Shown here: in pieces, positions 5,942 through 11,014 of the stretch
Layout: each line of letters starts with the position of its first letter
Numbering within the stretch: the stretch's first letter is position 1
DNA from: an uncultured archaeon
Lineage (GTDB): Archaea; Aenigmatarchaeota; Aenigmatarchaeia; GW2011-AR5
Assembly: GCA_964373695.1 (NCBI GenBank)
Contig: CAYJVT010000026.1
Coordinates: 1-11,014, forward strand
Reading direction: 5' to 3'
DNA: 11,014 bases
Notes under the pieces: generated by a model
What the model saw: only the letters and a program-made list of their open reading frames with translations
What the model was told of the DNA's origin: nothing
Databases searched by the model: none
Program-made: the position numbers and the translations under genes

Positions 5942-6031
5942 GCTCCCGTAGTTTAGGCTGGATAGAATGTAAGGTTGCGGACGAATATTGGCAATTACCT
6001 TATGACCCGGGTTCAAATCCCGGCGGGAGCA
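5942..6031 (+). tRNA. tRNA-Arg(GCG) with a 16-nt intron at canonical position 37/38 (5981-5996)
   Basis: Acceptor stem GCTCCCG/CGGGAGC, discriminator A, no encoded CCA. D-loop GGAT (A20, an Arg identity element). Anticodon stem TAAGG/CCTTA, anticodon GCG 5977-5979. T arm CCGGG-TTCAAAT-CCCGG. Strict BHB: central helix TTGC/GCAA with 3-nt bulges GG|A and TT|A. Confidence 0.95.
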
Positions 6032-6056
6032 TTATAACATGCTAGGAATGTAGTGG

Positions 6057-6752
6057 ATGAGAAAGGTAAGATTCAGCTTTATCGTGCCGGCCCTGAACGA
6101 GGAGAAGTATATAGGTGCGTGCCTCGACTCCATCGGGAAGCAGAAAAGGAAGGACTTTGAGATAATTGTCGTGGACGGCTACAGCAAAGACAATACAGCG
6201 GCATTGGCGAAAAGATATGGAGCAAGGGTTCTATATGAAAAGATGAGGGGCCCTGGAGCCGCGCGCAATAAGGGAACCGTGAATGCAAAGGGCAACATCA
6301 TTGTTTTTCTCGATGCTGACGTCAGGATAGGGAATGATTTCCTCGGCATCATAGAGGAAAAGATGTCGCAGGATATAGGAGGCTTCATCTGCAGGCTGTA
6401 CTCCTACGACGGTTTTTCTTCGTCATATAATCTTGCCCATATAATAATGAAGCTCCTTTTCAAACTGCGCATAGTCATGACGGCTGGGAGCTGTTTTATC
6501 TACAGGAAGGATGTATTCGAGAGGGCTGGCGGTTTCAACCAGTCGCTCATGACGAACGAGGACCACGATCTGGCGATAAGGGCTTCAAAGCTGTCGCGTT
6601 TCGTGTATTTCGACGACATACCGGTTCTTACATCATCAAGAAGGATAAGGAGAAACGGGTTTCTTGGAAGCGTGAAAATATACCTCAAGTCGACATTTGC
6701 TTATTTCCTTAACGGCACGCATATCAGGGGCTACTGGGACTACGATTCCTAA
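6057..6752 (+). CDS. Glycosyltransferase family 2 (GT-A fold)
   Basis: SFIVPALNEE, IIVVDGYSKD, AARNKG, FLDAD (DxD), GGF..L..NEDHDL and TSSRR motifs. Confidence 0.93.
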   Translation: MRKVRFSFIVPALNEEKYIGACLDSIGKQKRKDFEIIVVDGYSKDNTAALAKRYGARVLYEKMRGPGAARNKGTVNAKGNIIVFLDADVRIGNDFLGIIEEKMSQDIGGFICRLYSYDGFSSSYNLAHIIMKLLFKLRIVMTAGSCFIYRKDVFERAGGFNQSLMTNEDHDLAIRASKLSRFVYFDDIPVLTSSRRIRRNGFLGSVKIYLKSTFAYFLNGTHIRGYWDYDS

Positions 6753-7909
6753 TGCTTTTCTGCAGACTTGTATATCTTGAGCAGGTTGTCTGCAAATCTG
6801 CCTGATGAGTATTTCCTGCCGCACGACAATGCGTTCTTTGCATACCTGCCGCCTTCGCGCATCATTTTATCCACGCCATCGGCGAACCCGTCTTCCGTGC
6901 ATACGATTCCGGTCCCGTTTTTCCTGACGAAATCGGACATTACGGGGGTGTCCAGAACCACGCACGGCAGGCCATTGGCCGCCGCCTCAAGAAGCACGAC
7001 TCCCTGCGTCTCGCTTTTTGATGCCATTACAAAAATATCGGCGGCCCTGTACATATCGGCTATGTCGCTTTCTTTCATGTATCCGGTGAAGATGATGTTT
7101 TTTTCAACGCCTAGCTTTCTGGCGAGTTTTTTGAGCACAGGCTTCTCGGGGCCTTCGGAAGTTATAACGAGCCTGGTGCCACCTTTTGCAAGAAGTCCTT
7201 TAAGAGAACTGATTACGAATCTGGGGTTCTTTTCCTTCGATACCCTACCCACATGAAGCAATATCTTCTCGGCGCCAAACCCGAATTTTTTCCTGCATTC
7301 TTTCTTTGACTTCCTGCTTATTATGTCGTCATTAATTCCAGTTGGCACGACAGATATGTCCTTCGTTATACCCTTCTCTTTTAGGAGGTTCTTAATAGAT
7401 TCTGACGGGGATATGACGGAATCCATCTGGTTGTAGAACCAAGGCAGGTATCTCCACGATAATTTATCAAACAGCATTTTCACCTCCTTTATCTGGCCTA
7501 TGAACTGCGGCCTGATGAAGTAGTGTATGTATTCGGAGAATAGCGTATGAAAAGTTCCTACGCATGGCACGTAGTATTTCCTCGTTATTCCGAGCGCCAA
7601 GGCCCCTATCGAGAACGGCGTGTGAACGTGCATGACGTCGAAGTCGAATTTCTTCAGGTTCTTGTCATTCAGGAACTCGACCGGCACGCCTATCCTGTAT
7701 TCTTTGTGGGCCATGAAGGAAATAGATGAGAATCTGTATATGCCGCCCTCGGTGTCGGTATATTTTGGCACGGACGGCGCAAAAACCATGACTTCGTGGC
7801 CCTTTTTTTCCAGCGACTTCTTCACTATCTCTATGGATGTGACGACGCCATTTATCTGCGGCCTGTAGGAGTCGGTGAACATTGCTATCTTCAAAGGAAC
7901 CCCCTCCAT
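6749..7909 (-). CDS. Glycosyltransferase family 4 (diacylglycerol-glucosyltransferase-like subgroup)
   Basis: KIAMFTDSYRPQINGVVTS, HVHTPFSIG, FHT, GRVSKEKN and SKSETQGVVLLEAAANGLP (E-x7-E). The true start may be the TTG at 7894, which has GGAGG 8 nt upstream and gives the usual MKIAMFTD N-terminus. Confidence 0.93.
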   Translation of the reverse strand: MEGVPLKIAMFTDSYRPQINGVVTSIEIVKKSLEKKGHEVMVFAPSVPKYTDTEGGIYRFSSISFMAHKEYRIGVPVEFLNDKNLKKFDFDVMHVHTPFSIGALALGITRKYYVPCVGTFHTLFSEYIHYFIRPQFIGQIKEVKMLFDKLSWRYLPWFYNQMDSVISPSESIKNLLKEKGITKDISVVPTGINDDIISRKSKKECRKKFGFGAEKILLHVGRVSKEKNPRFVISSLKGLLAKGGTRLVITSEGPEKPVLKKLARKLGVEKNIIFTGYMKESDIADMYRAADIFVMASKSETQGVVLLEAAANGLPCVVLDTPVMSDFVRKNGTGIVCTEDGFADGVDKMMREGGRYAKNALSCGRKYSSGRFADNLLKIYKSAEKH

Positions 7910-8247
7910 TGAGATTGCTCAGAAAGCAGAGCTTTCTGGCATGCCAAAGAACTTTCAGTTCTCTTCAAAGAAGTTAATCTTCTTTGAGATTCTGAAGAGT
8001 TTTGCTCTTCAAGGATTTGAGCACTCAAATCTGCAGAGGAACTGTTTAAATTTCTCCGAGATGTCAAAGGAACCTCGTTCCTTTGCACAAAACCCTGTTT
8101 TTTGGAGATTTTCATTTGCAAAGAGTATGATAACCATACTTTTAATGTTGAAATATCATTTATATTTCAGCATGCAAATCCGCTGTTCTAAAACAGCGGA
8201 TTCTTAAGCTGTTTGCCGATTGTTCGGAGAACATATTAAAGCATCGG
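7910..8247. repeat. Array of tandem, sequence-distinct short inverted repeats (hairpin/cruciform array)
   Basis: Perfect stems: 7920-7938 (8 bp), 7948-7962 (6), 7965-7987 (9), 7993-8011 (7), 8014-8031 (8), 8065-8085 (9), 8177-8202 (11). Stems with one G-T pair: 8121-8143 (9) and 8145-8173 (12). Palindromes: TGGCATGCCA 7937-7946 and TTTGCAAA 8115-8122. Also 8221-8233 nested inside CCGAT/ATCGG 8216-8247. Loops are mostly 2-5 nt. Confidence 0.9.
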
Positions 8248-8263
8248 GTTGTAATTTAATGAA

Positions 8264-8782
8264 ATGGATTTTCTGCTGTTTGTAGTGAATATATTCTGGT
8301 TTATAGCCTCTTCTTATGTTGCCAATGGATTTCCTCCTGTGATGGGGGGCAAAAGGCCGATTGACTTCGGGAAAAACCTGAGAAACCACAGGATACTCGG
8401 AAACAGCAAGACCATTGAAGGGACGGCCGGGGGAATTGTGGCGGGACTTGCCGTGGGTGCTGCGCAAGTTCTCTATCAGGACATGATACCTCTGGAGCTA
8501 TACCACATGACGTTTCCGCTTGTTGCCGCCCTAGTATTCGGGACAATGGCCGGGGATATAGCCGGCTCCTTCACAAAGAGGAGGTTCGGCCTGAACAGCG
8601 GCGATTCCGCCGCCATAATGGACCAGCTGGGCTTCCTGGTTGCAGCCCTGCTGTTCGCGGCCGCCATCGAGCCGCTCGACCCTTTCATAGCTATAGCCCT
8701 CCTCCTCGTCACGCCGCCCATACATATCTTCACGAATTTTGTCGGCTGTCATATAATGAAAGTGAAGAAGCATCCTTGGTAA
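8264..8782 (+). CDS. carS: CDP-archaeol synthase (CDP-2,3-bis-O-geranylgeranyl-sn-glycerol synthase)
   Basis: YVANGFPP, GKRPIDFG, ILGNSKTIEG, GDIAGSFTKRR, MDQLGF and the KKHPW terminus match CarS. TATTAAA at 8234-8240 fits a leaderless promoter. Confidence 0.95.
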   Translation: MDFLLFVVNIFWFIASSYVANGFPPVMGGKRPIDFGKNLRNHRILGNSKTIEGTAGGIVAGLAVGAAQVLYQDMIPLELYHMTFPLVAALVFGTMAGDIAGSFTKRRFGLNSGDSAAIMDQLGFLVAALLFAAAIEPLDPFIAIALLLVTPPIHIFTNFVGCHIMKVKKHPW

Positions 8783-9271
8783 TCATGTCAGGTATTTCGA
8801 TACCATGTCCCACCCATAGAATCCTGCATATGCAAGGAACAGGTAAAGGATGATCTTTCCGGCGGCCGAGACGATAATGAATTTCTTGGGGTTATATTTT
8901 ATTGCACCGCAGAACAGGCCTATTATATCATCCGGCAGCGGCGTGACTGCGAAGATAAATATTATTAAAACTCCGCCGTACTTCTTGAAAAGCTTCTCTA
9001 CATGATTCAGGTGCTTTCCTGATACGGCCTTTTTCCTGTCAATCAGAGCCCTTCCTCCATACCCTGCTGCGTAAGCCGTCATTTCGCCTATGGCTGCTCC
9101 TATACCTCCTATTATTCCCACGGCAGCCGGGTTGAGTATGGTTCCTGCGAAGAAAATGACGAAAAACGACGGCACCGGAAGGATAATAGAGGCACTGCCT
9201 ATGAGGCTGGAGACAAAAACACCAAGGTAGCCGAAAGACGTGACAAGCCCTATGAGGATTTCCGAGACCAT
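8783..9271 (-). CDS. DedA/VTT (SNARE-associated) family membrane protein
   Basis: GYLGVF..SLIGSASIILPVP, GAAIGEMTAYAAG and FAVTPLPDDIIGLFCGAIKY..KKF motifs; hydrophobic throughout. Confidence 0.9.
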   Translation of the reverse strand: MVSEILIGLVTSFGYLGVFVSSLIGSASIILPVPSFFVIFFAGTILNPAAVGIIGGIGAAIGEMTAYAAGYGGRALIDRKKAVSGKHLNHVEKLFKKYGGVLIIFIFAVTPLPDDIIGLFCGAIKYNPKKFIIVSAAGKIILYLFLAYAGFYGWDMVSKYLT

Positions 9272-9299
9272 TTAACCACTATATGAGTTGATTTTTCAA

Positions 9300-9305
9300 T
9301 TTAAA
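9300..9305. promoter_or_regulatory. Palindromic TTTAAA TATA box possibly shared by the divergent DedA and CDP-alcohol phosphotransferase genes
   Basis: TTTAAA lies about 25-30 bp upstream of ATG 9330 (+) and about 29-34 bp upstream of ATG 9271 (-). Confidence 0.4.
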
Positions 9306-9329
9306 TTCTTCTGTGGAAGCATTATTGTT

Positions 9330-9920
9330 ATGCTTTACAAGAACAGGAAAAAGTTCGACGTTTTCGGGAAATCCGTCGGAAGGGTGATGTCTAGGGCGCC
9401 GGTAACGCCGAACCAATGGACGTTGATTTCATTCTTTCTGGCAGTCCTGGCTGCTTATATGGTTGTTTCCGGAAGGTTCGCTACGGCCGCGGCGGTTTTT
9501 GCACTGGCGGCGCTGTCGGACATGGTCGATGGCTCGGTTGCCAGGTACAGGAACTCGGCCGCGCCGAAGGGGGCTTTTTACGACACTGTCATAGACCGGT
9601 ACGTGGAATTTATCATATTGGTTTCCCTTATGGCCGCCGGGCTCCCACCTTTCCTTGTCGGGGCAAGCTTGTGGATAGCGGCTCTCTTGTTCGGCAGCAT
9701 AATGACCACCTTCGTCAGGGCGGCCGCCATGAGGGAGCTCGGGATTGAGGTGAAAGGAGGCCTTGTCGAGCGCGGGGAGCGCATGATATTGCTGTTCCTG
9801 GGAATTTTGTCGGCTTCATTTGACGTCATGTACCTGGTCTATTTCATAGTGCTACTGGCAGTCCTGACGAATGTGAGCGCTCTGCAGAGGATAGCGGCTT
9901 CCGTGAAAAGGAGTGGTTGA
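9330..9920 (+). CDS. CDP-alcohol phosphatidyltransferase (archaetidylinositol-phosphate-synthase-like)
   Basis: TPNQWT, the signature DMVDGSVARYRNSAAPKGAFYDTVID (D-x2-D-G-x2-A-R-x8-G-x3-D-x3-D) and GLVERGER are present. ATG 9330 is preferred over the TTG at 9288 because of TATA spacing. Confidence 0.9.
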   Translation: MLYKNRKKFDVFGKSVGRVMSRAPVTPNQWTLISFFLAVLAAYMVVSGRFATAAAVFALAALSDMVDGSVARYRNSAAPKGAFYDTVIDRYVEFIILVSLMAAGLPPFLVGASLWIAALLFGSIMTTFVRAAAMRELGIEVKGGLVERGERMILLFLGILSASFDVMYLVYFIVLLAVLTNVSALQRIAASVKRSG

Positions 9921-10562
9921 ATGCCGGTCGCCTCTGTCATCATCCCTGTCTACAATGAAATGAATGACATAGAAAGCGTCCTCAAAAAAATAAGGAAAGA
10001 TTATGAGGTGATAATCGTAGACGACGGCTCCGACGTTAACATATGCAGGGTTCTTGGAAAAAAAGTGAGTAAGTGCATACGCCTGGAAAAAAACACGGGG
10101 AAAGGGTATGCATGCAGGACAGGAGCCGAACGCGCGTCGTGCGAAAAGATAGTCTTCATTGACGGAGATTCCCAGCTGGACCCGCGCCAGATACCTGAAT
10201 TCGTCTCGGCTCTGGACAAGGCTGACATGGCCATAGGCTTCCGCAGGCGGAGCGACATACCTTTCCAGCGCATGATATCCAACATGTTTTCGGTTCTCAT
10301 GGTTTTTATTTCCACTGGCAAGGCTTACAGGGATGTCCTTTGCGGCTTCAGGGCTTTCAGGAAAAGAAAGTTTCTTGGATTGGGGCTCAGGAGCAACAGG
10401 TACGAGTTCGAGACAGAGACGATTATAAATGCCTCGAGGTCCGGCCTCAAAGTCACGCAGATACCCGTCAGCGTCGATTACAAGCGGAGGGGCATGGGGA
10501 TAAAGGAGAGCGCGAGGCTTGCAGTCTACCAGATAAAGGAACTGATAAGGTCGTATGTATAA
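9921..10562 (+). CDS. GT2 glycosyltransferase, dolichol/polyprenol-phosphate glycosyl (DPM-like) synthase family
   Basis: SVIIPVYNE, IIVDDGSD, GKGYA, FIDGDSQLDP, DVLCGFRAF and YEFETE motifs; ATG abuts the upstream TGA. Confidence 0.9.
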   Translation: MPVASVIIPVYNEMNDIESVLKKIRKDYEVIIVDDGSDVNICRVLGKKVSKCIRLEKNTGKGYACRTGAERASCEKIVFIDGDSQLDPRQIPEFVSALDKADMAIGFRRRSDIPFQRMISNMFSVLMVFISTGKAYRDVLCGFRAFRKRKFLGLGLRSNRYEFETETIINASRSGLKVTQIPVSVDYKRRGMGIKESARLAVYQIKELIRSYV

Positions 10563-10593
10563 AGTTTTTAAGGGAGCCGTTTATAATAAACCA

Positions 10594-10932
10594 ATGAAAC
10601 AGATAATTGTGATAAGACAGGACATAGTGATGTCGCCTGGAAAGACGGCAGCGCAATCCTGTCATGCATCCGTCGCCGCTTTGTTGAAGTCGAAGAAAAA
10701 AAATGTCGATACGTGGGTCAGGCAGGGGCAGAAGAAAATAATACTCCAGGCTGCAATGGAAGACATCCTTGAAATAAAGAAAAAATGCGACAAGTCCATG
10801 ATAATTTCTTGCCTGATATCCGACGCCGGGCTGACGGAACTCGAACCTGGTACAATCACGGCGCTGGGCATAGGCCCTGATGAGGAAAAGAAGATAGACA
10901 AGATAACGGGTTCTTTGAAACTCCTTAAATAG
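10594..10932 (+). CDS. pth2: Peptidyl-tRNA hydrolase 2 (archaeal/eukaryotic type)
   Basis: KQIIVIRQD, GKTAAQSCHA, GQKKIIL, DAGLTE, TALGIGP and IDKITGSLKLL motifs. ATG 10594 is preferred (TTTTAAG about 25-29 bp upstream); ATG 10555 is the alternative. Confidence 0.96.
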   Translation: MKQIIVIRQDIVMSPGKTAAQSCHASVAALLKSKKKNVDTWVRQGQKKIILQAAMEDILEIKKKCDKSMIISCLISDAGLTELEPGTITALGIGPDEEKKIDKITGSLKLLK

Positions 10933-10983
10933 CAAAGCTATTTAGGATCTTAAATAAATTCATTTCTTTAAAGATTCTGAAAT
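10924..10983. repeat. Palindrome cluster beginning at the pth2 stop codon
   Basis: CTTAAATAGC-AAA-GCTATTTAGG 10924-10946, alternative stem TATTTAGG-AT-CTTAAATA 10939-10956, palindrome TCTTTAAAGA 10965-10974 inside ATTTC...GAAAT 10962-10983. Confidence 0.7.
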
Positions 10984-11014
10984 AAGTGTCTGATATGCAT
11001 TTCGCTCTTAGAAC

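Noticed and set aside
5131-5951. ORF-track entries 5131..5487(-), 5496..5741(+) and 5745..5951(+)
   Set aside because: They overlap fen, ef1b, the Zn-ribbon gene or the tRNA, and have no recognisable motifs; shadow ORFs.
5975-5997. Alternative reading as tRNA-Cys(GCA) using the GCAA inside the loop
   Set aside because: GCAA is the BHB partner of TTGC. Only the 37/38 splice gives a 7-nt loop with two 3-nt bulges, and A20 supports Arg.
6007-6056. tRNA 3' end as an integration (att) site for the glycosyltransferase block
   Set aside because: No duplicate of the tRNA 3' end and no integrase in the window; the downstream genes include core lipid and translation functions.
7910-8247. Hairpin array as CRISPR or as intrinsic terminators
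   Set aside because: There is no constant repeat unit, and it lies between divergent gene starts without consistent U-tracts after the stems.
222-10935. Remaining short antisense or alternate-frame ORFs overlapping called genes (e.g. 271..576-, 694..1059-, 2483..2953-, 4268..4639+, 6768..7256+, 10468..10935-)
   Set aside because: They are largely or fully nested on well-supported genes with no independent family signal. The duplicated ones simply mirror the 177-bp repeat.

Overview
Archaeal genomic window: fen, ef1b, carS, pth2 and a BHB-intron tRNA are all archaeal-type. A DPANN-like lineage is a low-confidence inference from the surface-protein style and tight gene packing. From 5' to 3' it holds: (i) the 3' part of a large modular Cys-rich surface protein, open at the window edge (beta-propeller repeats, two Cys-rich repeat types, two Ig-like modules, probable S-layer-like C-terminus, one exact 177-bp internal duplication); (ii) two convergent toxin-antitoxin-like pairs, one with a vapC broken by a single-base frameshift in an A5 run; (iii) fen, a cryptic start-less 8-Cys coding fragment, ef1b, a 52-aa Zn-ribbon gene missed by the ORF track, and tRNA-Arg(GCG) with a 16-nt canonical intron; (iv) a membrane lipid/glycosylation cluster (GT2, GT4, carS, DedA/VTT, CDP-alcohol phosphotransferase, DPM-like GT2) followed by pth2. 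The most unusual unexplained structure is a ~340-bp array of about a dozen back-to-back, sequence-distinct inverted repeats between the divergent GT4 and carS genes (7910-8247). A smaller palindrome cluster starts at the pth2 stop codon. All family assignments come from motif recognition by eye; no database searches were run.
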